Positions 27,072-36,621 of a stretch of 41,814 nucleotides of DNA are shown here, piece by piece. The DNA comes from an uncultured Bacteroides sp. (GTDB lineage: Bacteria > Bacteroidota > Bacteroidia > Bacteroidales > Muribaculaceae), in assembly GCA_964523655.1 (NCBI GenBank), contig CAZGAN010000001.1, positions 1-41,814 on the forward strand, in the 5' to 3' direction. The position numbers were made by a program, and so were the translations under genes. A model generated the notes under the pieces. The model had not been told where the DNA came from and ran no database searches. It saw nothing but the letters and a program-made list of their open reading frames with translations. Position 1 is the stretch's first letter. The number at the start of each line of letters is the position of its first letter.

Positions 27072-29204
27072 ATGAAAAAGAAACTCGTATTAACGTTTTT
27101 AATTTTGACTGCTTTTATGGCAAACGCTCAAAATCCTTTTTTCAAACCGTTTGATACAAAACATCAAACCCCGCCCTTCTCGCAATTTAACAACAGCCAA
27201 TGGATGGAAGCTGTTGACCACGGCATCGAAGTTGCCAACAGCGAGATTAATGCCATCACTTCTCAATCTGAAGCTCCAACTTTCGCTAACACTGTTGTTG
27301 CTCTCGAAAACGTTGGCGCCGACCTTAACCGTGTGCTTAACGTGTTCTTCAACTTACTCGAAGCCAACTCTGACGACGAGATGATGGAGCAATCTATCGA
27401 CATTTCAGGCAAACTCAGCGACTACTCCACTTCTATCATTCTTAACGAAGATTTATGGAAACGCGTGAAATCGGTTTACGACAATCGTAAAAATCTAAAC
27501 CTCGCCCCCGAAGACTCTATGTTGTTGCAAAAGACTTACGACTCTTTCGCTCAATCAGGAGCTACTCTCGTTGGCGCCGACCGCGATAAATTCAAACAAC
27601 TCAGCGCCGAGCTCTCGCAACTCACTAACGAATTTGGCAGAAACGTGCAAAAAGAGTTGCCTACCTATAAAATGTATCTGCAAAAGACTGACCTCACAGG
27701 TCTTCCTGATAGCCAAATCGAAGCTGCTGCTCTCGCTGCCGAGCAAGACGGACACAAAGGCGAATACCTTTTCACTCTCGACGCTCCGGTCTACATGGCT
27801 TTCATGAAATATTCCGACCGTCGCGACTTGCGCGAAAAAATGTATCGCATGTACAACGGCCGTAACACTAAAGGCGAATTCTCTAACCTCAACAACATCA
27901 CCCGCATCGCCGAATTGCGTCGCGAAATAGCTAACCTTCTCGGCAAAGACACTTATGCTGAGAAAGCTCTCGTAAACACAATGGCTCAAAATCCGCAAAA
28001 CGTCTACAACTTGCTCAACAGCTTGCGCGATGCTTATGCCCCAGCTGCTCAAAAAGAGATGGAAGAGCTCGCTGCTTTTGCCTCTAAAACCGAAGGCAAA
28101 AAAATGCAAATCATGCCGTGGGACTACAGCTACTACTCTAACAAACACCGCGCTGCCAAATACTCGTTCGACGAAGAAGCTATGCGCCCTTACTTCGAAC
28201 TCAGCAATGTGATTAAAGGTGTGTTTGGCCTCGCCACTCGTCTATACGGCTTGCACTTCACTGCTGACCCCGAAATTGAAGTGTACCACCCCGACGTTAC
28301 CGCCTATGAAGTCACCGACAACGATGGCAACTACGTTGGCGTGCTTTACACCGATTTCTTCCCTCGCGCATCTAAACGCCCCGGCGCTTGGATGACAAAC
28401 TTCAAAGAACAATGGATTGAAGCTGACGGCACCGACTCTCGCCCTCACGTGAGCATCGTGATGAACTTCACTAAACCCGTTGGCGACAAACCGTCTTTGC
28501 TCACCCCTTACGAAATAGAAACTTTCCTTCACGAGTTTGGCCACTCTCTTCATGGTTTGCTCGCTAACAGCAAATATCAATCTCTCTCAGGCACAAACGT
28601 GTATCGCGACTTCGTTGAGCTCCCCTCTCAATTCAACGAAAACTACCTCACCGAACGCGAATTTCTTGACACTTTCGCCAAACACTATATCACCGGCGAG
28701 CCGCTCCCCGAAGAGCTCGTTAAAGGCTTGATTGAGTCAGACCAATACGGCGCTGCTTACTCTTGCATGCGTCAATTGCAATTCGGTTATCTCGACATGG
28801 CTTGGCACTCAATCACCGCCCCCGTTGACGACGCCGTTGCTTTTGAAAAAAATGCCACCAAAGACGTGCAAATGTTTGAACCGGTTGACGGCACTATGGT
28901 TTCTGCTCAATTCAGCCACATATTCTCTGGTGGTTACGCTGCCGGATACTACAGCTACAAATGGGCTGAAGTGCTCGATGCCGACGCTTTCGCGCAATTC
29001 AAGAAAAACGGCATCTTCGATGCTGAAACAGCTAAATCCTTCCGCGAAAACGTGCTCACCAAAGGTGGCACCGAAAACCCGGCTGTGCTTTATCGTCGAT
29101 TCCGCGGTGGCGACCCAACTATCGACGCTCTCCTCGAGCGCGATGGCATCAAACCCGTAAACAAAATTACAAACGGATTAAAAGAAATTCCGAGCAAGAA
29201 ATAA
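27072..29204 (+). CDS. dcp: Exported M3 family metallopeptidase (peptidyl-dipeptidase Dcp-like)
   Basis: Signal peptide ANA-Q; KRPGAWM, HEFGHSLH zinc motif, DFVELPSQ, GYAAGYYSYKWAE. Confidence 0.92.
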   Translation: MKKKLVLTFLILTAFMANAQNPFFKPFDTKHQTPPFSQFNNSQWMEAVDHGIEVANSEINAITSQSEAPTFANTVVALENVGADLNRVLNVFFNLLEANSDDEMMEQSIDISGKLSDYSTSIILNEDLWKRVKSVYDNRKNLNLAPEDSMLLQKTYDSFAQSGATLVGADRDKFKQLSAELSQLTNEFGRNVQKELPTYKMYLQKTDLTGLPDSQIEAAALAAEQDGHKGEYLFTLDAPVYMAFMKYSDRRDLREKMYRMYNGRNTKGEFSNLNNITRIAELRREIANLLGKDTYAEKALVNTMAQNPQNVYNLLNSLRDAYAPAAQKEMEELAAFASKTEGKKMQIMPWDYSYYSNKHRAAKYSFDEEAMRPYFELSNVIKGVFGLATRLYGLHFTADPEIEVYHPDVTAYEVTDNDGNYVGVLYTDFFPRASKRPGAWMTNFKEQWIEADGTDSRPHVSIVMNFTKPVGDKPSLLTPYEIETFLHEFGHSLHGLLANSKYQSLSGTNVYRDFVELPSQFNENYLTEREFLDTFAKHYITGEPLPEELVKGLIESDQYGAAYSCMRQLQFGYLDMAWHSITAPVDDAVAFEKNATKDVQMFEPVDGTMVSAQFSHIFSGGYAAGYYSYKWAEVLDADAFAQFKKNGIFDAETAKSFRENVLTKGGTENPAVLYRRFRGGDPTIDALLERDGIKPVNKITNGLKEIPSKK

Positions 29205-29238
29205 CGCTGCTATTCATAGCAATTTTTTATAGTTTTAG

Positions 29239-29272
29239 GAGATTGCGACATCTTGTCGCAATCTCTTTTTTT
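29239..29272 (+). terminator. Intrinsic terminator
   Basis: GAGATTGCGACA-tct-TGTCGCAATCTC perfect 12-bp stem, then a T7 tract. Confidence 0.93.
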
Positions 29273-29356
29273 ATACCCTATCTCATCATTCTCACAATAA
29301 ATATATATTTTTACAAATTTTATGATAATGTTTGTTGATTATTTAATTTTTTCGTG

Positions 29357-29364
29357 TAATTTTG
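29357..29364 (+). promoter_or_regulatory. -7 promoter element for the SusC/SusD cassette
   Basis: TAATTTTG, with TTTGTTG at 29331-29337. Confidence 0.62.
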
Positions 29365-29475
29365 CGTATAAAATTAAAAGAAAATTTTATCAGCTTTAAA
29401 TCGATAATCATCACATTTTCACAATATTTCTCATAGAGAAAATATCTTACTTAAAAACTAATCATATTTAACGAC

Positions 29476-29874
29476 ATGAAAAATCTAAAGTTTTTAATGC
29501 CATTAATTCGGACTCTCTTTATCGGGACGTTACTATCAGCAACTCTATCGGCTTGCAGTGATGACCCGGCTAGCGAGCTTGGCCCGATTTACGCTACTGC
29601 CACATCTTCGGCAGATGGCACTTCTATTACCGTGAGTTGGAATTTGGTGCAAGAAATTCCAGGCTATGACGTAGCTCTTTACACCGGCTCTATGACAAGC
29701 CACAGCGAGCAACCCATTGCCACAGGATCTCACACCACCTACGACCGCACCCACACTTTCACCGATTTAACCCCGGGCACAAACTACGTTGTCTATGTCA
29801 CCGGGCAAATCAACGGCACACAATTTAGCTCTGCCGCTTCTTGGGGTGTTAACGTCACTACCTCTAATCCGTAA
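29476..29874 (+). CDS. Small lipoprotein with a single fibronectin type III-like domain
   Basis: Lipobox LSAC followed by SDD; SITVSW, GYDV, TFTDLTPGTNYVVYV. Confidence 0.82.
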   Translation: MKNLKFLMPLIRTLFIGTLLSATLSACSDDPASELGPIYATATSSADGTSITVSWNLVQEIPGYDVALYTGSMTSHSEQPIATGSHTTYDRTHTFTDLTPGTNYVVYVTGQINGTQFSSAASWGVNVTTSNP

Positions 29875-29890
29875 AAAGCTATAATTTTCT

Positions 29891-32800
29891 ATGCAAAACA
29901 TATTTAACAAACACTTGCTTGGGCTTGGTGTTGCTATCAGCATAACCGCGACCGGTAGCTTCTCGCTTTATGCCGAGCCTACCGAAGTCCCCGCCGAAGC
30001 CGCCGCTGCTGCTCCTCAAAAAACCGCAGTCTGCAAAGGCCATGTTTTTGATAAAGACGGCGAACCGATTATCGGAGCCAGCGTTCGAATTGCCGGACAG
30101 AAAAAAGGTATTAGCACCGACGTTGACGGCGCTTTCAATCTTGGCACCATTAAAGTTGGCACTTCAATCGAATTTTCTTTTGTTGGCTGCAAAACTCAAA
30201 CCATTCGTTGGAACGGAAACACTCTCAACGTTGTGCTTTCTGAAGACGCCACAGTGCTCGACGAAGTTGTGGTGATGGGTTACGGCGTGTCACAAAAACG
30301 TGCCAAAGTAACAAACTCTATCTCTTCTGTCTCTGAAGACATTCTCACCGTTGGCGCTAATGCGAACCCCGCACAAGCTCTCGCCGGTGCCGTCTCCGGT
30401 TTGAAAGTTTATGTGACAACCGGTGACCCTAGTGCCACGCCTACAATCATTTTGCGTGGTGGTAACAACTACAACGGATCCGGATCTCCGCTCGTTGTTG
30501 TTGACGGTCAAGTGCGCGGCTCTTTCGACGACATAAACCCCAACGACATTGAAACAATGGACGTGCTCAAAGATGCCGGCGCTACTGCCCTTTACGGCGC
30601 TCGCGCTGCCGGTGGTGTTATTCTCATCACTACAAAACAAGGCAAAAAAGGCACTCGCAAAGTTACTTTCAACGCAAAATACGGTATCAACTACTACGAC
30701 AACGGATACGACTACGTTAACGTGCCCGACTACTTGAAATGGTATCGCACTGCCGTTACAAATACCCCGTGGAGCAGCATTGACCTCGACTCTTCTAACA
30801 CTCCCTACGGCACAGGTCGCACCGAAATCACAAGCGACATGGAGTACAACATCATGACTATGACCGACGACAACAAATACTTGTTGCAAAAAGGTTGGTC
30901 GAGCATGGTTGACCCAATAAATCCCGACCGCACCATCCTCTATCGCGAAACTAACTTGATGGACTACAACTTGAACAAAAGTTCTGCCACTCAAGACTAC
31001 AACATAAACCTATCAGGCGGTAACGACCGCGGCACCTACTATGCCGGCTTAGGTTATTACGATGCCGAAGGTGCTCTTTACTCTTCTTACTACAAACGTT
31101 ACACATTCTCGTTCACCGGCTCTTACAAAATTGCCGATTGGTTAACCTCTAACTCTAAATTCAACTTCCAACGCGCAAACTGGATTAACGGCCCAGGCAT
31201 TGTTGGTATATACACCGGCACCGACTACGACTTCACCAGCTACGTATTCGGTCGCGCTGCCGCATTCCCTCGCACTATTCGCCTTACCGATGAAGACGGA
31301 AACGACCTCTGGGGCGCTAACGACAATAGCGGCGTGGCTAACAACTTCCGCTTAACTGCCGACAAGTTCTTGCAAGACTATGAGGATACCAAATTCGCTA
31401 TGACCACCGGCTTAACCGCCCAAATTTGCAAAGGTCTGAGCGTGCAAGGCACCATGAGTTGGTTCTATGACGATTACTACGACAAACAAGGCTACAAAGA
31501 CTATCAAACCAACCAAGAAGGCACCACCTTCAACACCACTCGATACGTTGGCATCAACGTCGAACGCGATTTCGACCAAACATACAACATCGTTGCCAAC
31601 TACAAAAACACTTTTGGCAACGGCCACAACGTCAACGCTATGATTGGTGCCGAGTACTATAGCGGCACTTCTAAGTCTATGTATTCTACCGGTTACGGCA
31701 TGGAAACTGACGACTTCCTCAACCTTCAATACACCGACATCGAATCTCGCGACACCGGAGACTACCAATACAAAGAACGCATCGCTTCGCAATTCGGACG
31801 CATTGAGTACGACTACCAAGACAAATATTTGATTGCTGCTACTTTCCGTAACGACGGTTACTCTCGCTTGCAAAACAACCGTTGGGGTTTCTTCCCAGGT
31901 GTTTCTGCCGGTTGGGTATTCTCTAAAGAAAGTTTCTTCAGCAAATTAGTGCCCGAGCATGTGCTCAACTATGGTAAAATCCGCACTTCTTTCGGTGAAA
32001 GCGGATACGTAAACTCAAGCTACATAAGCTACTACAACCTGCAAGGTGCTTACTCAAGCTACCAATACGCCGGATCTAAAGGTTTCCGCCTATCAACTCT
32101 CGCAAACCCCAATTTGCAATGGGAAAAATCTCGCACATTTGAAGTCGGCCTCGACCTCGGTTTCATGAAAAACCGCATCAACCTAAACGCTACATACTAC
32201 AACCGCCTTAACGACAACAAAGTAGCCACTCTTTCTTTGCCGCAAACCACCGGTTTCTCTAGCGTTACTTACAACAACGGTTCTTTCCGAAACCAAGGTG
32301 TCGAACTCGATCTCACCACCCACATCATAAACACTCGCGATTGGCGCTGGTCTATCACCGCTAACCTCTCTTACAACAAAAACACAATCGTGACTCTCCC
32401 CGACAACGGCTTGCTCAACAACCGTCAAGGCGGCACTCAAGTGTACGTTGGCAAAGACGCTTGGCACTACGACACTGACGCTAACGGCGTAACTACTATG
32501 GTTTGGGACACTCAATACATTGGCGGATACCAAGAAGGCCAAGAGCCCGGTTGCATCATCGGCTACAAAGTTGACCACATGATTCGCGATCAATCGCAAA
32601 TGCCCAGCAACTACATCGACATCTCTCAAACCAAGAAAATTTACTCCGACGAAGAAGCCCACCAACGCTTGCTCAACATGGGTTACTCCGAAAGCCAATT
32701 GGTGGCTCTTGCTCCCGGTGACTTGGTTTTCTACGACGTCAACGGCGATGGCATGATCGACACAAAAGACCAAATGAAACTCGGCAACACTCGCCCTCAC

Positions 32801-33301
32801 TGGAGCGGCGGTTTCAACACCACACTCAGCTGGAAAGGCTTACAACTTTATGCCCGCTTCGACATGGGTTGGGGCTTCAGCGTCTACGACAGCAACTTAG
32901 CCTTCTCTCTCGGTTGCGGACAAGGCACTCACTCTATGATGACCAACGTAAAAGACACATGGACTCCTACTAACCCCGATGCCAAATATCCTCGCTACAC
33001 TTGGGCTTCTCAAGTCGGCACAAACAACTGGATTCGCACTTCTTCTCTTATGACTCAAAGCGGTGCTTACCTCGCTTGCCGCGAGTTGCAACTCTCTTAC
33101 AACTTGCCAACTGCCATCTGTCAGCGATTCCACAGCCAAGGTCTACAAGTTTCTGTCACCGGACAAAACCTCGGTTACATAAAGTCTTGCACTATCCCAT
33201 TGCCCGACAACACTACTTACACCACCGGTAACACCGCCGGATACGGTGGCACTTACAACTTGTCGCGCACTGTGCTTTTCGGTCTTAACTTATCATTCTA
33301 A
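29891..33301 (+). CDS. susC: SusC/RagA TonB-dependent transporter
   Basis: LDEVVVMGYG, PLVVVDG, DINPNDIETMDVLKDA..TALYGARAAGGVILITTK, NPNLQWE, terminal GLNLSF. Confidence 0.96.
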   Translation: MQNIFNKHLLGLGVAISITATGSFSLYAEPTEVPAEAAAAAPQKTAVCKGHVFDKDGEPIIGASVRIAGQKKGISTDVDGAFNLGTIKVGTSIEFSFVGCKTQTIRWNGNTLNVVLSEDATVLDEVVVMGYGVSQKRAKVTNSISSVSEDILTVGANANPAQALAGAVSGLKVYVTTGDPSATPTIILRGGNNYNGSGSPLVVVDGQVRGSFDDINPNDIETMDVLKDAGATALYGARAAGGVILITTKQGKKGTRKVTFNAKYGINYYDNGYDYVNVPDYLKWYRTAVTNTPWSSIDLDSSNTPYGTGRTEITSDMEYNIMTMTDDNKYLLQKGWSSMVDPINPDRTILYRETNLMDYNLNKSSATQDYNINLSGGNDRGTYYAGLGYYDAEGALYSSYYKRYTFSFTGSYKIADWLTSNSKFNFQRANWINGPGIVGIYTGTDYDFTSYVFGRAAAFPRTIRLTDEDGNDLWGANDNSGVANNFRLTADKFLQDYEDTKFAMTTGLTAQICKGLSVQGTMSWFYDDYYDKQGYKDYQTNQEGTTFNTTRYVGINVERDFDQTYNIVANYKNTFGNGHNVNAMIGAEYYSGTSKSMYSTGYGMETDDFLNLQYTDIESRDTGDYQYKERIASQFGRIEYDYQDKYLIAATFRNDGYSRLQNNRWGFFPGVSAGWVFSKESFFSKLVPEHVLNYGKIRTSFGESGYVNSSYISYYNLQGAYSSYQYAGSKGFRLSTLANPNLQWEKSRTFEVGLDLGFMKNRINLNATYYNRLNDNKVATLSLPQTTGFSSVTYNNGSFRNQGVELDLTTHIINTRDWRWSITANLSYNKNTIVTLPDNGLLNNRQGGTQVYVGKDAWHYDTDANGVTTMVWDTQYIGGYQEGQEPGCIIGYKVDHMIRDQSQMPSNYIDISQTKKIYSDEEAHQRLLNMGYSESQLVALAPGDLVFYDVNGDGMIDTKDQMKLGNTRPHWSGGFNTTLSWKGLQLYARFDMGWGFSVYDSNLAFSLGCGQGTHSMMTNVKDTWTPTNPDAKYPRYTWASQVGTNNWIRTSSLMTQSGAYLACRELQLSYNLPTAICQRFHSQGLQVSVTGQNLGYIKSCTIPLPDNTTYTTGNTAGYGGTYNLSRTVLFGLNLSF

Positions 33302-33313
33302 ATACTTAGCAAA

Positions 33314-35143
33314 ATGAATATTATAAAAAATATAGCATTGCTTGTTGGTGGATTGGCTCTTGCGTCTTCTCTCGGCTCTTGCGGTGACACTCTTGACCTT
33401 TCTCCTACCGACAGCTTCACCTCTAACAACTTTTGGCAGACTCAAGCCCACTTTGAAGGCAACGTGGTGGCTATACACAACCAATTGCGCGGATTTTTGA
33501 GCACTCGCTTCCAAACCTGCGGCGACTTGCGCGGTGGCCAATACAAACGCGATGGCATGACATCCGACGGCTCTTCTATGACAACTGCCGGCCTTCGTAT
33601 TGTTAACAACGACATGGACGGCGACAATGCCGGTCTCTCTACTTTTGGCGGTTACTACGGCTTGATTGCCAACATCAACCTTTTCCTTGACCGCGCCGAA
33701 AACACCGACGTGCTCAGCGACGACTGCCGAAACTACCTCTACGGCATCATGTACGGATTACGCGCAAGCTGCTATTTCGAAATGTATCGCCTTTACGGTG
33801 GCGTGCCTATCCGCACTACCCCCGACGTGGTTAACGGCAACTACGACCCCGTTTCTCTATACGAACCTCGCGCCTCACACCAAGCCGTTATGGAGCTCAT
33901 CAAAAGCGACTTGCAAGCATCACTCGACGGTTTCAACAATGCCGGCAGCTATACTCTCTCTAGCGCCCTCGCTCAAAACCTCTATTGGTCAAAAGCTTGC
34001 ACCGAGCTCCTTGCCGGTGAAGTGTATCTTTGGGACGCAAAAGTTGAATACCCCGAAATCTCTGACAGCGAATATCCCATACCCGCTTACAAATGCGCTG
34101 ACCCCGACGGCAACATCGCTAAGGCAAAGCAATATTTCCTAAACGTGCTCAACAACTACGGCTATTCTCTCGAAAAAAACTTCGCCGACGCTTATTCTGT
34201 TGAAAACGAAGGCGATGACAACACCGAAATGATTTTCGCCCTCTATTTCGACACCCTCGAATCTTACAACTATTGGACCATCTACTACATTTGGTCAAAC
34301 AGCTCAGGCTCAACATTCGGCAACGCTCTTGACGAAAACGGCGAATGGGTTGGTTACACCTACAACGAATCTACCCAAAAACAAGAAGCCAACTGGTATA
34401 AAAACATAATGTACACCGCCACCACGCAGTATCAATATTCTAACGCTCTGTTCTTCCAATTCGACAAAGCCGACACTCGTCGTGACGCTTCTTTCTACCC
34501 CGCTTGGTTCCCCAACGACGTTGAAAAAGCTTACATCACCAGCAAAGTTGATGACTTTGACCCGTCAACTCACTATCTCCGCGGCGCTTATGCATATAAA
34601 TTCCGCGGCGAAGTCGATGAAACTTTCTCTTCTAAATCTGTTGTTACTAACGACTTCCCTTGGTACCGCCTTTCTCTCGTTTACTTCTATCTTGCTGAGT
34701 GCGAGAACTGGCAAGGCAACTACCAAGCATGCGCCGACTATATCAACGTGGTGCGCAAACGCGCCTACGGCAACAACTGGGACGAAAGCAAATATGCCTA
34801 CACCCCAGGCTCGTTCAAAGACAACGAAGTCGCCATACTCCACGAAAAAGACAAAGAGTTCGTGCAAGAAGGTCAACGTTGGTGGGATTTACGCCGCCTC
34901 ACCGTGCAAAAAAATGGCTCTGACAGCGACCACCTCATCTTCCAACCCGAAGGTAACGTGGGCTACGGTTTGACTCTCACTCGCTACATGAAAGAAGGTG
35001 CCGAAAAAGTTGACGACATCTACAACCTCGACATCACTAGCCCCGTGCTCAACTACAATACTCGCAAGCACAAAGTGCTTTGGCCGGTTGATAAAACCCT
35101 CCTTTCTTCTGACCCAACTATCGTTCAGAACCCCGGATACTAA
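33314..35143 (+). CDS. susD: SusD/RagB lipoprotein (NanU-like by recalled similarity)
   Basis: Lipobox LGSC; LRASCYFEMYRLYGGVP, INVVRKRA, EFVQEGQRWWDLRR, LWPV, QNPGY. Confidence 0.94.
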   Translation: MNIIKNIALLVGGLALASSLGSCGDTLDLSPTDSFTSNNFWQTQAHFEGNVVAIHNQLRGFLSTRFQTCGDLRGGQYKRDGMTSDGSSMTTAGLRIVNNDMDGDNAGLSTFGGYYGLIANINLFLDRAENTDVLSDDCRNYLYGIMYGLRASCYFEMYRLYGGVPIRTTPDVVNGNYDPVSLYEPRASHQAVMELIKSDLQASLDGFNNAGSYTLSSALAQNLYWSKACTELLAGEVYLWDAKVEYPEISDSEYPIPAYKCADPDGNIAKAKQYFLNVLNNYGYSLEKNFADAYSVENEGDDNTEMIFALYFDTLESYNYWTIYYIWSNSSGSTFGNALDENGEWVGYTYNESTQKQEANWYKNIMYTATTQYQYSNALFFQFDKADTRRDASFYPAWFPNDVEKAYITSKVDDFDPSTHYLRGAYAYKFRGEVDETFSSKSVVTNDFPWYRLSLVYFYLAECENWQGNYQACADYINVVRKRAYGNNWDESKYAYTPGSFKDNEVAILHEKDKEFVQEGQRWWDLRRLTVQKNGSDSDHLIFQPEGNVGYGLTLTRYMKEGAEKVDDIYNLDITSPVLNYNTRKHKVLWPVDKTLLSSDPTIVQNPGY

Positions 35144-35196
35144 TCCGTGCGAGTAAATGTATGAACACGTATTTTTCAAATACAAAATGTACAAAA

Positions 35197-36540
35197 ATGA
35201 TGAAAACAAATAAAATATTAGCTTGGACGTTCGCTTTTGCCCTCACTTGCGCTACCGCGGCTTGCTCCGACGACAACGAGGCTCTCTTGCGCCCGGCTGT
35301 TGACATCGAGTCAACACAAACAACAGTTAGCTCTCTGACTTTCTGGTGGCCCGATCGCGGTGATGCTGTGGGTTGGCACTATGTGTTTAAAAACGAAGAA
35401 GGCACGGTGCTCGCCGAAGAAGACCTTGACGTCACTCACTCTCGCCGACTCGTATTCACCGGTTTAAAACCCGACTCTAAATACACCCTCGTGGTTACCG
35501 CTATTGACGCTGACGGCAACACCTCTACATCCACTTACGTAGCAAAAACTGCCGCTGTTACTCAACTCGCTACTCCCGCACCCGAATTCTCTCAATCAGG
35601 TAAAACCGTGACCGTAGCTTGGGCTACCGTAACAAATGCCGCATCCTACACCTACCAAATCATTGATGCCGTGGGTAATGTAGTGAAAAGTGACACTACT
35701 ACCGATTTATCTCTCGATTTTGACGACCTCGCTATCGGCTCTTACACTTTAACTGTGCAAGCCAACAGCAACAATGAGTCTTACTCTAACTCTGACCCGG
35801 GCACCATCGAATTTACTCGCGAACTAGGTCGCATGGTAACATCGCCCGGCGTGTACACCACCGCTTCTGGCACCGTCTATCGCCCAACTTTGGTTTTTCT
35901 CGAAGATGACACTTACATCATAGAGAACTTCTACGGCGTCGCCGGCTATGACCTCGCCTTCAGCGTATCTCCAACAAAAACTGTCAACATCACCAACGGC
36001 ACAAGTGCCGGTCCCGGCAAAGTGAACGTTGCTACCGGCAACGGTGACGAAGCTATCACATACACTCAAGGCGCAAAATTCTCAGGCGACGAGTATGAAG
36101 GCTCTATCTCATTCACCACTGCAACCGGCACCGACACCTACACTTGGGAAGCTCTCGTCGTTCCGTCTTTCGATGTTACTCTCTACGGCGACATCTACAT
36201 GTCAGGCTACAGCGATGACTATTCTGACTACTTCGACATCCCCGCTCAAGCTCGAAACGGTGTCATCACCATCGAAAACTTCCTGGGCTCAACCAAAACA
36301 TACACTTTCACCTACGACAAAGAAGCCGGCACAGCTACCTGCGACCTCTCTGTTGGTTGGAACGTTGGTTGGTTCTACCCCGGTGACTTCCCTCGCCTCA
36401 TGTACATATACTTCTACAGTGCAGACTACTGCTATTACGACTCTAGCTTAGATGCTATTGTTCTCGAATTCTACGCCTACACTGATTCGAGCACCAGCTA
36501 TTGGAGCGCTATGTACATATACCTTGATGAATTGGATTAA
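35197..36540 (+). CDS. Surface lipoprotein with two FN3-like domains and acidic, aromatic-rich C-terminal domains
   Basis: Lipobox AAC followed by SDD; FTGLKPDSKYTLVV and LAIGSYTLTVQA; start 35197 or 35200 preferred over 35161. Confidence 0.8.
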   Translation: MMKTNKILAWTFAFALTCATAACSDDNEALLRPAVDIESTQTTVSSLTFWWPDRGDAVGWHYVFKNEEGTVLAEEDLDVTHSRRLVFTGLKPDSKYTLVVTAIDADGNTSTSTYVAKTAAVTQLATPAPEFSQSGKTVTVAWATVTNAASYTYQIIDAVGNVVKSDTTTDLSLDFDDLAIGSYTLTVQANSNNESYSNSDPGTIEFTRELGRMVTSPGVYTTASGTVYRPTLVFLEDDTYIIENFYGVAGYDLAFSVSPTKTVNITNGTSAGPGKVNVATGNGDEAITYTQGAKFSGDEYEGSISFTTATGTDTYTWEALVVPSFDVTLYGDIYMSGYSDDYSDYFDIPAQARNGVITIENFLGSTKTYTFTYDKEAGTATCDLSVGWNVGWFYPGDFPRLMYIYFYSADYCYYDSSLDAIVLEFYAYTDSSTSYWSAMYIYLDELD

Positions 36541-36568
36541 TTAATTGATTCACCATAATTTAACGTCA

Positions 36569-36605
36569 AGCGGCTGCCTCAGCAATTGGGGCAGCCGCTC
36601 TTTTT
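36569..36605 (+). terminator. Intrinsic terminator closing the SusC/SusD cassette
   Basis: AGCGGCTGCCTCA-gcaat-TGGGGCAGCCGCT stem followed by CTTTTT. Confidence 0.88.
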
Positions 36606-36621
36606 GTATTTATAGAAAAAG

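Noticed and set aside
1550-29204. Repeated Gln directly after signal-peptide cleavage sites
   Set aside because: Known Bacteroidetes pyroglutamate Q-rule; useful for taxonomy, not novel.
29424-29445. Small hairpin TTTCTC-ata-GAGAAA in the SusC cassette leader as a riboswitch or attenuator
   Set aside because: Weak AT-rich stem, no U-tract and no recognisable aptamer.
32730-32772. EF-hand-like DVNGDGMIDTKD in SusC
   Set aside because: A common conserved loop in SusC proteins.
27555-35209. Many long antisense ORFs (e.g. 30290-30994, 32183-32800)
   Set aside because: Shadows of biased codon usage in well-supported plus-strand genes; Val-rich with no motifs.
27054-36540. Strong C-rich, G-poor codon usage suggesting a foreign island
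   Set aside because: The same bias appears in the housekeeping genes at 39178-41809, and there are no mobility genes or att-like repeats. Replication-strand skew or expression bias is the simpler explanation; not quantified.
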